Below are positions 8,435 through 17,955 of a stretch of DNA of 64,000 bases, in pieces. The translations under genes were made by a program, and so were the position numbers. A model generated the notes under the pieces. The model saw only the letters and a list, made by a program, of their open reading frames with translations, ran no database searches and was not told the DNA's origin. Source of the DNA: SAR86 cluster bacterium. Lineage in GTDB: Bacteria > Pseudomonadota > Gammaproteobacteria > Pseudomonadales > Pseudohongiellaceae. Each line of letters opens with the position of its first letter. Position 1 is the first letter of the stretch. The stretch spans positions 7,680 to 71,679 of the forward strand of contig NVUL01000044.1 of assembly GCA_002401885.1 (NCBI GenBank), in the 5' to 3' direction.

Positions 8435-9589
8435 CTACTCATCTAATGGTGGCGAAAGAAGGACAGGGATATAACGAACAGCGAAGCAGAGAAACCCGCC
8501 TATCCAGAATGCAGTGGCGCTGGTCAGAAGGAGGTTACTTGTTAAGATCGATGCGGCCACCCGGCTCAGAGCAGAAAGTGCGATCAGTACAATTGATCCG
8601 GTGAGTAGAGGGTGAGCTTGGAGAGGGCGGCCCGTGTGGCCAAGCGCTGCTCGGGATGCGATGCTAATAATCATGCTGGCAACTGTTCCAATTGTTAGCG
8701 CATGAATTCCGGCTGAGACTGATACGTAGCCAGCCTGCCCAAACCCCAAAAGTAAGACACCTATTGGTATCCATGCATAGGACAAATGCATCATCCAAAC
8801 TAGTGGTTCGGCGAGGCAGCGATATCCCTTCCAGCGAAGTAGCCGCCACGTTTGCAGAGAGGAAGTCACGATCGCAAGAATCAATATCAGCCTACCGTCG
8901 ATAGCTGCTAGTGTCGCCAAAAAAAATACAATGAGTGCGAGCGTGGCCGTGGAATCAACAAAGCCGAATGATGCGGGAAGTTGATCCTGAGATAGTCCGC
9001 CTTGCTGTTTACTCAACCAATTCCGTGTAAACGCAGGAATAATACGACCGCCGATTAGATTGATCATGACTACGACCAAAAAGATCTGTGACCAAAGTAT
9101 CTGCTGAAGCAATGGCGACTGTGCGAGCAGGGTGTATTGATAGAGAGATTCAAGAACCAAGAACACGAACAAGATGGCGAGCACCTTGTAGTTGCGATTA
9201 TTTGAGGCCGCAACCACCTCTCTTGCCATTAGTGCGAGCAGAAAAAACCAATAGAAAATCCCAGCGGTAGCAGCGAATAGGGGGGCGACCAATCCCAGTC
9301 TTGCTACTAGCCAGCAAAGGCATAGAACCACTAGAGGCCAGCCCTGAATCTGGGGTCGTCCAGTCCAAGTTGCGACAGCGGTAAGCAAGAATCCCGCGAT
9401 TGCAGCTCCTGCGAATCCGATCGCCATCTCGTGCCCATGCCAGTAGATAGAATTCACTTCGATTGGAGCGGTGAGTAGTCCGTTCCACATGGCAGACCAG
9501 AGCACGATGTGGATGACCGCCTGCAACACTACCAACATAAAAAGCGAGCGGAAGGCGAAACTAAAAAGAAGCGGCAGGGTGTTTAGCAT
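8435..9589 (-). CDS. nnrS: NnrS family haem/copper membrane protein
   Basis: About 12 TM helices. The N-terminal FRSLFMLVVL...WHGHEMAIGFAGAAIAGFLLTAVATWTGRP matches the NnrS signature (WHxHEMxFGF..GFLLTAxxxWTG). The ORF extends to a TTG at 9616; the ATG at 9589 is preferred. Confidence 0.85.
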   Translation of the reverse strand: MLNTLPLLFSFAFRSLFMLVVLQAVIHIVLWSAMWNGLLTAPIEVNSIYWHGHEMAIGFAGAAIAGFLLTAVATWTGRPQIQGWPLVVLCLCWLVARLGLVAPLFAATAGIFYWFFLLALMAREVVAASNNRNYKVLAILFVFLVLESLYQYTLLAQSPLLQQILWSQIFLVVVMINLIGGRIIPAFTRNWLSKQQGGLSQDQLPASFGFVDSTATLALIVFFLATLAAIDGRLILILAIVTSSLQTWRLLRWKGYRCLAEPLVWMMHLSYAWIPIGVLLLGFGQAGYVSVSAGIHALTIGTVASMIISIASRAALGHTGRPLQAHPLLTGSIVLIALSALSRVAASILTSNLLLTSATAFWIGGFLCFAVRYIPVLLSPPLDE

Positions 9590-9638
9590 TGACTTCGTTC
9601 TCTGGGTTTCGATCAATAAATTCTGATAATCGAATAAT

Positions 9639-9682
9639 AAAAAAGGCGAAAGGAATAATCATCCTTTCGCCTTTTATTTTTT
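9639..9682 (-). terminator. intrinsic terminator after PQQ dehydrogenase paralog 2
   Basis: Stem GGCGAAAGG (9645..9653) pairs with CCTTTCGCC (9663..9671). On the minus strand it is followed by T6. It is homologous to the hairpin at 6229..6257, with compensatory base changes. Confidence 0.65.
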
Positions 9683-9723
9683 CGAGCTTACTGTCTTTCG
9701 ATCAAGCTAGATCGAGTTACAGT

Positions 9724-11778
9724 TTAGTGCGCGGCGCCACCTGTAGATTGTGCACCAGGCATTGCCATTGCTGTCAGCTTGGAGCCTGTCTGCAGGATGA
9801 TGTACTGATGTCCATCGTGCATCCAAGAGCTCATGCCATAACGGCTCTGTGCTGGCACTTCAATTTTACCAATTTCTTCGCCGGTTTTCTTATCGATGCC
9901 GTAAAGCAGCGCAGTTGTGCCGTCGGAGTCCATGTCTGAGTAGATCAGCATGTTCGCGGTAGCAACCATCGTAATTGCATTGCCAGTTCCAGTATCCCCA
10001 ATATCAATTCCTTCTAGAGCAGGATTGTTGCGGAAACGATCAGGAGTTTCACCAGTTGGAATCTGGAATGCGATCTCGCCTGTATTCATATCGTAGGCAG
10101 TGATATTGCTGTACGGCGGCTTCCAGTATGGCAGGCCTGAAGCAAGACGCGGTGTTCTTGGACGAGCGCCATTGGCGTAGGCTGCAAAAGTGGTTCCCGT
10201 TGGTTGATCGATGCGAGCATCGGCTTCTTCGCCAGGGATAATTCGCTGCCAGCTACAGGCTCTTCTAGATGTTACATAGAGGAAGCCCGTAGTAGGGTCT
10301 GCTACTGGTGGGTTATTGATATTTGCACCACCACCATCACCTGGACACATTGCAGAGGCTATCTTGCCCGCTGGATCCGAGTCATGAATTGGCGGATTAA
10401 ACAAAGGGCCCATGTCGTAGTTAGCCAACACTTCAAGTGCTTCGCGGCGCAGTTCAGGCGTGAAGTCGATTAGGTCATCTGCCGTCAGGCCCTGCATTTC
10501 AAAAGCAGGTGGCTTAGTTGGGAAAGGCTGTGTTGCAGAAAGCTTCTCGCCAGGAACCATCGATGCCGGAACAGCGCGCTCTTCCATTGGCCAGATTGGC
10601 TCACCGGTCATACGATCGAAAGAGTAGACAAAGCCCTGCTTTGTTACCTGATGCACTGAAGGTACTAGTCCTCTGCCAGGAATATTCAGGTCTAACTGAA
10701 TAGGCGCGGCTGGATTGTCGTAGTTCCACACATCGTGATGCACGGTCTGGAAGTGCCAGCGTCGTTCACCAGTTTCTGTATCTAGCGCTATCAGGCTAGT
10801 ACCAAACAGGCCATCACCAGGGCGGAAGCCGCCGTAGTAATCGATCGTTGGTGGATTAGTTGGAACGTAGACGATGTTGTTCTCAGGATCGGCTGTTAGT
10901 GGCGCCCAAGACGAAACGTCTCCAGTCCACTGCCAGGCATCGTTTTCCCAAGTTTCATGGCCGTATTCACCTGGTTGTGGAATCACGTTGAACTTCCACT
11001 TGAATTCGCCAGTGACCTTGTCGTAGGCCAAAATATCGCCAGGAATGTTCTCTACTCTCGCCTGCAAATAACCTTGCTCGGCAGAGTTGCCAACGATGAT
11101 AGTGTCGTTAACTACGATCGGTGGTGATGAAGTAGTGATGTAACCAACCTCTAGTGGGATACCTTCATACGGATCATAGGGATGTCCTAGGTCAGCGAGC
11201 ATGTCCACGACGCCAGTTTCAGGGAAGCCATCTACTGGCACCTGTCCACCGAAGCCATCGAGAGGTGCGCCGGTTTCGGCATCAAGTGCCACTAGAAAGA
11301 AACCAGGTGTGGAGATGTAAACCACCCCTTTACCGTCGATACGTGAATAAGTGATTCCTTTGCCATATGAGGCGCGCATGGAGTATTCCCAGCGACCGGT
11401 ATTTGGCAGGCGGTAGGACCATAGAGTCTCGCCAGTCTTGGGATCGATCGCAACGACATTGCGGCGAGCACCAGATACGGTGAATAACTTGCCATCCACA
11501 TAGGTAGGAGTTGAGCGACCGGATTGGCCGCCGAAGCTGGCGCCATCCCATTCCCAGGCGACTTCGAGTTCGTCGAAGTTCTCAGCCGTAATTTCGTCGG
11601 CGGGGGTATAGCGCGTGTGGGCGTAGTCGCCACCTAGTGTGAACCACTCGGCGGTATCGTCGGTGACCAGATTCTGGCTCATGCCAATCTGCGGCAACAT
11701 GCCCAGAATAGCGGCCAGACAGCTCAATGTAGCGAGCCTCGATGGCTTCGAGCCGAATGTTGAAGGACTTAATTTCAT
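9724..11778 (-). CDS. soluble PQQ-dependent dehydrogenase, paralog 2 (tandem duplicate of 6309..8366)
   Basis: By eye, roughly nine of ten mature residues are identical to paralog 1. The ATG at 11778 corresponds to paralog 1's start and shares its Shine-Dalgarno and leader. The TTG at 11802 in the ORF track has an in-frame stop at the equivalent position of copy A. Confidence 0.9.
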   Translation of the reverse strand: MKLSPSTFGSKPSRLATLSCLAAILGMLPQIGMSQNLVTDDTAEWFTLGGDYAHTRYTPADEITAENFDELEVAWEWDGASFGGQSGRSTPTYVDGKLFTVSGARRNVVAIDPKTGETLWSYRLPNTGRWEYSMRASYGKGITYSRIDGKGVVYISTPGFFLVALDAETGAPLDGFGGQVPVDGFPETGVVDMLADLGHPYDPYEGIPLEVGYITTSSPPIVVNDTIIVGNSAEQGYLQARVENIPGDILAYDKVTGEFKWKFNVIPQPGEYGHETWENDAWQWTGDVSSWAPLTADPENNIVYVPTNPPTIDYYGGFRPGDGLFGTSLIALDTETGERRWHFQTVHHDVWNYDNPAAPIQLDLNIPGRGLVPSVHQVTKQGFVYSFDRMTGEPIWPMEERAVPASMVPGEKLSATQPFPTKPPAFEMQGLTADDLIDFTPELRREALEVLANYDMGPLFNPPIHDSDPAGKIASAMCPGDGGGANINNPPVADPTTGFLYVTSRRACSWQRIIPGEEADARIDQPTGTTFAAYANGARPRTPRLASGLPYWKPPYSNITAYDMNTGEIAFQIPTGETPDRFRNNPALEGIDIGDTGTGNAITMVATANMLIYSDMDSDGTTALLYGIDKKTGEEIGKIEVPAQSRYGMSSWMHDGHQYIILQTGSKLTAMAMPGAQSTGGAAH

Positions 11779-12044
11779 TTTTATAGCCTCATTTAGATGC
11801 AAAATCTAGTGGAGGATACCATAGCCCCTACAGGTAGTGATAAGCGAGACTGTAATAAAGTGTGATAAAAAGCGAGCTAAAAGAAGAGGGTTATTCCTAC
11901 CCTACTTCCCTCGAATGAGGGACCGCTACAACGCTTTTTTTGGAGGGATCAGCGTGAATTGCTGGAAGCAGCATATTCCTTCCACTTGCCTGTCGCCCCT
12001 GCTAGTCTTTGGCCCCAGTGTCGAAAATGCCTAGGAGAATTAGC

Positions 12045-13247
12045 GTGTCGTTGAAGTACTCGAAATCACTACCTTTACGCGGACATACGTCTTTTAAATT
12101 CGCTTCCGTGCTCGTTTCTCTGTTTGTTTCAGTGTCACTGACAAGTGCAGCCTCAGCCCAGCCCAGTCAGCCGGAGTTGCCGCGTCAGATGGCTTGGACG
12201 GCGTATAATTTAGGTTCCACAGGCTATAACCAGGCAGTAGCAATCGGCGCCATGCTGCGCGACAAATACAACGTCACCCTGCGTGTTATTCCAGGGCAGA
12301 ATGACGTGTCGCGATTACTACCGCTGAAGACTGGCCGAGTCGATTTCACTGCCAACGGCGTGGCAACCTATTTCGCGCAGGAGGGCATGTTTCAGTTCGC
12401 CAATCCGGAGTGGGGGCCGCAGCCGCTGCGTCTATTGATGACCTCCAACGGCTTGAGCAATCAAGGCGTGGCGGTAGCTGCAGATACGGGTATTACCACC
12501 TTTGCAGAACTACGTGGGCGTCGAGTTCCGTATGTGCGCGCAGCCCCAGCACTCAATGTTTCTATGGAGGCCTATTTGGCCTGCGGCGGCTTGACTTGGG
12601 ATGACGTTGTTCGCGTCGACTTCCCTGGCTATGACGCAAAATGGAATGGCGTGATCAACGGTGACGTTGATGTCGCCTTCGGTACCACAGTATCGGGTCC
12701 GCCATTCAGACTCGAGGCTTCACCACGCGGCATTCGCTGGTTGCCGGCACCCCATGACGATGAGGGCTGTTGGGAGCGACTGCTAGCGGTTGGTCCCTAT
12801 TTTACGAAACACAATGCCACCCGAGGTGCCTCCATTGACGAAGAGAATCAGCATGAGGCAGGTACCTATCCGTATCCGTTACTGACTACACTTGCTACCC
12901 AAGATAACGACTTCGTTTATTCACTCACTCGCGTAATCAATGAAAACTATGATGAGTTCAAAGACGCTGATCCCGGAGCCATCGGCTGGGCAATAGAGTC
13001 GCAGGTTTTTGACTGGGTCGTGCCCTATCACGAAGGCGCCGTAAACTACTGGCGTGAAGTCGGCGTGTGGACTGACGAGATTGAGGCGCATAATCAAGCG
13101 CTTATTCAGCGACAGGAAGTGTTGGCTACAGCGTGGACCGAAATGGAGGCGCGAGGTATCCGTGATAAGGATGCCTTCGTCGAATCCTGGCAGGCACTGC
13201 GCGCAGAACGTCTGGAGGCAGCCGGCTTCGATCCGGTCTGGCGCTAG
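12045..13247 (+). CDS. TAXI-family TRAP transporter solute-binding protein
   Basis: Signal peptide ...SLTSAASAQ. WTAYNLGSTGYNQAVAIGAMLRDKYNVTLRVIPGQNDVSRLLPLKTGRVDF is typical of TAXI receptors. The GTG at 12045 has AGGAG 7 nt upstream; alternative starts are 12009 and 12027. Confidence 0.85.
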   Translation: MSLKYSKSLPLRGHTSFKFASVLVSLFVSVSLTSAASAQPSQPELPRQMAWTAYNLGSTGYNQAVAIGAMLRDKYNVTLRVIPGQNDVSRLLPLKTGRVDFTANGVATYFAQEGMFQFANPEWGPQPLRLLMTSNGLSNQGVAVAADTGITTFAELRGRRVPYVRAAPALNVSMEAYLACGGLTWDDVVRVDFPGYDAKWNGVINGDVDVAFGTTVSGPPFRLEASPRGIRWLPAPHDDEGCWERLLAVGPYFTKHNATRGASIDEENQHEAGTYPYPLLTTLATQDNDFVYSLTRVINENYDEFKDADPGAIGWAIESQVFDWVVPYHEGAVNYWREVGVWTDEIEAHNQALIQRQEVLATAWTEMEARGIRDKDAFVESWQALRAERLEAAGFDPVWR

Positions 13248-15217
13248 TGGCTACACTACCGGGAGAATTACCGAAGCCACTCCGTTGGCTAACCGGCATT
13301 GTCGCCGTTGCCAGTGCTTTTCTAGCGATGGATTCGCTGCGCTTGTTTTCCGAGAGCCCGCTGCTTGATTTTGTCATCACGGTGCAGAACCATTACTACT
13401 ATGCCTTGATGGGCTTGCTGTTACCGCTCTGTTTTTTAATTTACCCCTCGTTTCGCAGCCCCAAGAGTTATTGGCTCGATGGTGTTCTTGCTCTCGCCAC
13501 ATTCGGAGCTTGCTGTTTCTTCTTCTTCAACGCAGAAACCATGTTGGACTATGGCTGGGAGTTCTTAGCACCATCCTATGCGGTGTGGGTAAGCTATTTG
13601 CTCTGGGCGCTGATCATGGAGGGTGTGCGTCGCAGCGGCGGTTGGGTGCTGTTCTTCCTCGTGCTGGTATTCTCCCTCTATCCGGTAGTGGCCGATAAAT
13701 TGCCTGGGCCTATCTCCGGCATGTCTTCATCAATATCGGAGACTGCGTCTTATCACGTCATGAGTATCGAGAGTATTCTCGGTCTGCCGTTCCGCGCGTA
13801 TGCACAGTTGGTCATTGGCTTCCTAATCTTCGGTGTTGCGCTACAGCATACCGGGGGTGGTAGATTTTTTATCAACCTAGCGTTTGCGACGTTCGGTCAC
13901 GTGCGCGGCGGCTCGGCTAAGGTAGCGATTGTATCCAGTGGGTTGATGGGTTCCATGAGTGGTAGCGTTATTACCAATGTGCTGACCACGGGTCAGATGA
14001 CGATTCCAGCCATGAAGAAGAATGGTATGGAGAAGGAGTACGCCGCTGGGGTTGAAGCCTGTGCTTCTACTGGTGGTGTGTTACTGCCACCAATCATGGG
14101 TTCGACGGCGTTTGTCATGGCGACTTTTCTCAATGTTGCCTATACCACCGTGGCTTTAGCCGCGGCGATTCCCGCTCTTCTGTACTTTTTTGGATTATTC
14201 GTTCAAGTTGATGCCTATGCGGCGCGTAAAGGATTGGTAGGTACGCCGCGTGAAGAACTGCCTAGTGTGAGCGAGACGATGAAGCAGGGTTGGTTCTACC
14301 TGGCGGCATTCGCTGTATTGATTTTTCTGCTCGTCTATCTGCAGCGCGAAGCGATAGCTCCATTTTATGCCACGGGCATGCTGCTAGTGCTGAATCAACT
14401 TTTCCCTAGCCACCGCTGGAGCATGACCGAGGCAGGCGCGTTTCTCGTCGCGACCGGCAAGTTGTTAATGGAATTGCTTACCATTATGGCTGGTGTCGGC
14501 CTGATAGTAGGCGCACTGTCTGTGTCCGGTTTGTCAGGAACCTTGGTCAATGACTTATTGTATCTCGCCGGTGATTCCACGCTGCTACTTCTATTGATGG
14601 GGGCGTTCACTAGCTTCTTCCTCGGCATTGGCATGACGGTGACCGCCGCCTATATCTTTCTAGCGATTGTGCTTGCACCTGCTCTGATTCAGGGCGGCCT
14701 AGATCCAATGAGTGTGCATCTGTTTATTCTCTATTGGGGAATGCTGTCCTTCATCACACCGCCTGTAGCTTTAGGTGCCTTCGCTGCGGCTAGCATTGCG
14801 GGAGCCTCGGCACTGTCTACCGGATTCAAGGCGATGCGACTTGGCAGTGTGATCTATTTCATCCCGTTCTTCTTCGTGTTGGAGCCTGCACTGATCATGT
14901 CCGGCACCTGGTGGGAGACGCTCTTCGCCACAGTAAAAGTTGCGGTAGGGATAGTGCTGATTGCCGGGACTCTGCAGCGTTATTTGCTGGGCGTCGGATT
15001 CCTCGATCGCAGTGGACCACTTGGCGTTGTTGGTCGTGCTTTGGTGCTCGCTGGCGGTGGTCTGATCGCCTTGCCAACGACGGAAGTCATCGGCATCAAT
15101 GTTAGTGATGCGACGCTGATTATTAGCGGGGGCGCGATGGCGATTTCTGGCGTGTTGATGAGTCGGAGTGCGGCTGCAGATTTAGATCCAGGAACACCGT
15201 TGGTTACCGGGGTCTAA
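13247..15217 (+). CDS. TRAP transporter fused permease (TAXI-associated DctQ/DctM fusion)
   Basis: 656-aa polytopic membrane protein. Its GTG start overlaps the TAG stop of the binding-protein gene by 1 nt. Confidence 0.9.
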   Translation: MATLPGELPKPLRWLTGIVAVASAFLAMDSLRLFSESPLLDFVITVQNHYYYALMGLLLPLCFLIYPSFRSPKSYWLDGVLALATFGACCFFFFNAETMLDYGWEFLAPSYAVWVSYLLWALIMEGVRRSGGWVLFFLVLVFSLYPVVADKLPGPISGMSSSISETASYHVMSIESILGLPFRAYAQLVIGFLIFGVALQHTGGGRFFINLAFATFGHVRGGSAKVAIVSSGLMGSMSGSVITNVLTTGQMTIPAMKKNGMEKEYAAGVEACASTGGVLLPPIMGSTAFVMATFLNVAYTTVALAAAIPALLYFFGLFVQVDAYAARKGLVGTPREELPSVSETMKQGWFYLAAFAVLIFLLVYLQREAIAPFYATGMLLVLNQLFPSHRWSMTEAGAFLVATGKLLMELLTIMAGVGLIVGALSVSGLSGTLVNDLLYLAGDSTLLLLLMGAFTSFFLGIGMTVTAAYIFLAIVLAPALIQGGLDPMSVHLFILYWGMLSFITPPVALGAFAAASIAGASALSTGFKAMRLGSVIYFIPFFFVLEPALIMSGTWWETLFATVKVAVGIVLIAGTLQRYLLGVGFLDRSGPLGVVGRALVLAGGGLIALPTTEVIGINVSDATLIISGGAMAISGVLMSRSAAADLDPGTPLVTGV

Positions 15218-15325
15218 TACTGAACTGCCTGTTAGTGGAAGAGCAGTTCACCGGCAGTCATCATAGACAGCGTCAGCGTAACTCAACTGACATAATGCAG
15301 TCGATATCAAATTGAGTGTGACCTC

Positions 15326-16171
15326 ATGCTAATAGTCGATCCAATCGACGCTCCTTGCGGGGCAACAGTTAGAAATATCGATCTTGCATCGAGCATTTCT
15401 GCAGAGATCGTGGCAGAGCTACGTCAGGCTTGGCTGCAATACCACGTGCTGGTTTTCCCTAATCAAATGCTAAGCCCCACAGATATCGAGCGTTTCACCC
15501 TGAGTTTTGGAAATTTTGGCGATGACCCATTCTTCAGTCCAATTGAAGAAAATAGTCATATTGCGGCCATTCGTCGCGACGCCAATGAGACGACTCCTCT
15601 TTTTGCCGAGAACTGGCATACGGATTGGAGCTTTCAAGCGAAGCCGCCGATTGGCACCTGTCTATACGGCATAAAAATCCCTCCTGTTGGCGGCGACACG
15701 CTTTTTTCAAATCAGCACAAAGCCTACGATGAATTGCCTGCCGCACTTAAGAAGAAGATTGAACACTTAACGGCGATTCATTCGGCTGAGTCTGCTTATT
15801 CACCTGATGGTGTCTATAGTGACCGGCACGAGAAAAATGCCGGACGCAGCATGAACATAGTTGTATCGGATGAGGCAAGGCGAACACAAAGCCATCCGTT
15901 TATTAGGCCGCACACAGAAACGGGAGCATTGGCGCTTTATTCCACTGCAGGTTATATCCAAGGATTTGCCGGTATGGAGGAGGAAGAGTCTAGAGAATTA
16001 TTAAAAGAGCTCTACCAATATCAAGGTTCGCCAGAATTTGTGTATCGTCATAGCTGGCAAGCGAATATGCTGGTTATGTGGGATAACCGCAGTGTCTTGC
16101 ACAAGGCAACGGGCGGATATGATGGTTATGACCGTTTGCTGCATCGAACCACGATTTCTCAATTCGACTAA
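15326..16171 (+). CDS. TauD/TfdA family Fe(II)/2-oxoglutarate-dependent dioxygenase
   Basis: ENWHTDWSF (HxD facial-triad motif), PPVGGDTLFSNQHKAYDELP, and the C-terminal WDNRSVLHKATGGYDGYDRLLHRTTI. Confidence 0.9.
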   Translation: MLIVDPIDAPCGATVRNIDLASSISAEIVAELRQAWLQYHVLVFPNQMLSPTDIERFTLSFGNFGDDPFFSPIEENSHIAAIRRDANETTPLFAENWHTDWSFQAKPPIGTCLYGIKIPPVGGDTLFSNQHKAYDELPAALKKKIEHLTAIHSAESAYSPDGVYSDRHEKNAGRSMNIVVSDEARRTQSHPFIRPHTETGALALYSTAGYIQGFAGMEEEESRELLKELYQYQGSPEFVYRHSWQANMLVMWDNRSVLHKATGGYDGYDRLLHRTTISQFD

Positions 16172-16184
16172 AAAGGGAATGCTA

Positions 16185-16508
16185 ATGAAGATTACCGGAT
16201 TACAGATTTTATATGGCGTGCTCGCGATCGTTGGAGTATGCGTCACCTGGTATTACAATTTGCAGCCGATGGAGACAAGCTACTTTGCGGGTCTGTATGC
16301 AAATCCCGCAGCATCTTCCTTTACCAATGACCTGATCGTTGTTGTTACTGTGTTTCTTGTCTGGTCGTTCGTAGAGACTGCGCGTCTGAAGATGTCTTAT
16401 GCGTTATGGGCAGCGATTTTCGTATTTACGTTCGTTATCGCCGCCGCGATGACCGTTCCACTATTCATGTTGTTGCGAGAGCGTCGCTTGATTGCAATGG
16501 CGGAATAG
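16185..16508 (+). CDS. small membrane protein, DUF2834-like
   Basis: 107 aa with about four hydrophobic helices. The central ANPAASSFTNDLIVV and the tail PLFMLLRERR resemble DUF2834 as I remember it. GGGA lies 6 nt before the ATG at 16185. The track ORF start at 16038 overlaps the TauD gene and is rejected. Confidence 0.55.
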   Translation: MKITGLQILYGVLAIVGVCVTWYYNLQPMETSYFAGLYANPAASSFTNDLIVVVTVFLVWSFVETARLKMSYALWAAIFVFTFVIAAAMTVPLFMLLRERRLIAMAE

Positions 16509-16537
16509 TGTGCCGGGTAGCGGTGCCAAGCTATTTG

Positions 16538-17746
16538 CTAATTAATTTTCACCAGACCTACCCGATTGGAACTACTTTGGTGTATCAAAAGATTGCCTGC
16601 CTCAGTCTTCCATACGTTTCGTACAATCCCCGCTCCGGACGGAATCGCCCAGCTCTGAAATGATTCACTCTCAGGATTAAAGCGCACCAGCGCATCGGGG
16701 CGCATGCCGGACTCGTTATACCAGATAACATCGTCGATAACGGCCAACGCATAGGGATGAGACGAGGGGCCGCTGGGTGAATCCCATTGTTTGATCGCGC
16801 CCGTAGCCGGGTCGAGTCGACCGATCTTGCCTAGGGTCGAATTGACAAACCACACCATGCCCTCGCTATCTAGATCGAGACGGCGCACGCGGGTTCTGTC
16901 GTTCGGTATCTCATAGTATTTCACTTCCATGGTGTCCGGATGCATGGCGCCGATCTTATTCGTGCCGTTATAGGCTATCCACAGCGTGCCATCAGCTGCT
17001 GCCTTGATGCCATAGGGACGGGGTTGTGTATCTATTTCTTTTAGCTCGCCAGTAGTCGGATTCAAGCGGCCGAGCATGGCAGCTCCCTGGGCGGTGAAAT
17101 AGAGATTGCCGTTGGGGTGAAACGTGGCCGAGTGGGGGTCGCGCGCCTGCGTCTTGTATTCGGTTACCTCGCCGCTTACGGGGTCGAGTTTGCCTATGCT
17201 GGCGTTGCTGTTGCCGGTGTACCAAATATTGCCCGCGGCATCGGGCACTATGGTGTGAGGTCTGGAGGTAGGAGGCAGGCGATACTCCTCCATGATTCCA
17301 GTCTCTGGATCTAAGCGTCCGGTTAAGCTGGCCCACATACCGGTCCACCAAATTGACCCATCAGGCGCCTCAATCGGGTCGCGAGCGCGCTGGCCGAGTG
17401 TGGGCACCGTCCATTCGATAATGTCTATTTCCACATCTCCAGCAATCAGGTTCGGACGGCGCGAGGTGTCCTCCGGGAAATGTTCGGCAAGGTAGACGGC
17501 AATGGTATTCGCTTGGGCGGAAGGTAAATCGATCATAGTTGAGAACAAGTCATGCCACTGTTCTGCCGTGCTGTACCCGGCGGCTCGAGTAATGGTGGCT
17601 ACGCTGTGGCAGCTAGAGCAAATATTCTCCACCAAGGCCTTGCCGGGCCCGTCTGGCAGGGGCTGGCCTCCACGTGATTGCGCGGAGACGGAATGAGAAA
17701 ATGGGAAAACACAGAGAATTGAAGCGACGGCCAGCAGTTTTTTCAT
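16538..17746 (-). CDS. monohaem cytochrome c domain fused to Vgb (streptogramin-lyase-like) beta-propeller
   Basis: Signal peptide MKKLLAVASILCVFPFSHSVSA, then CSSCHS, then repeated blades (GSIWWTG, GNIWYTGNSNASIGKLDPVSGEVTEY, GNLYFTAQGAAMLGRLNPTTGELKE, GTLWIAYNGTNKIGAM, GMVWFVNSTLGKIGRLDPATGAIKQW). Confidence 0.8.
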   Translation of the reverse strand: MKKLLAVASILCVFPFSHSVSAQSRGGQPLPDGPGKALVENICSSCHSVATITRAAGYSTAEQWHDLFSTMIDLPSAQANTIAVYLAEHFPEDTSRRPNLIAGDVEIDIIEWTVPTLGQRARDPIEAPDGSIWWTGMWASLTGRLDPETGIMEEYRLPPTSRPHTIVPDAAGNIWYTGNSNASIGKLDPVSGEVTEYKTQARDPHSATFHPNGNLYFTAQGAAMLGRLNPTTGELKEIDTQPRPYGIKAAADGTLWIAYNGTNKIGAMHPDTMEVKYYEIPNDRTRVRRLDLDSEGMVWFVNSTLGKIGRLDPATGAIKQWDSPSGPSSHPYALAVIDDVIWYNESGMRPDALVRFNPESESFQSWAIPSGAGIVRNVWKTEAGNLLIHQSSSNRVGLVKIN

Positions 17747-17955
17747 GTCGACTACCCCGATTGCACTAATCCGATTAAGCAGCCCAGAGGCGGCAGAGGG
17801 AAGCTCCACTCTATCGGCTATGATTCGACTGGGCAACTCGGCTGTCAGGGAATAGTGCGCAGGCTGCCTCTTTCTGCAGGCTGGGCTGAAGACAACAGGG
17901 CATGAAATGGCTTAAAGTTAGCAGCGGGCTAGCTAAAGAGAGTTAGGAACAGACA

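Larger units (their letters stand above)
9639..11840 (-). repeat. segmental duplication copy B
   Basis: See copy A. The leader TTTTA(A/T)AGCCTCATT(T)AGATGCAAAATC...GGAGGATA(G/C)CATAG is conserved, and the shared GTAGTGA marks the outer edge. Confidence 0.85.

Noticed and set aside
16038-16184. Long N-terminal extension of the DUF2834-like ORF (track start 16038)
   Set aside because: The extension overlaps the 3' end of the TauD gene in another frame. An internal ATG at 16185, with a Shine-Dalgarno, gives the expected ~107-aa membrane protein.
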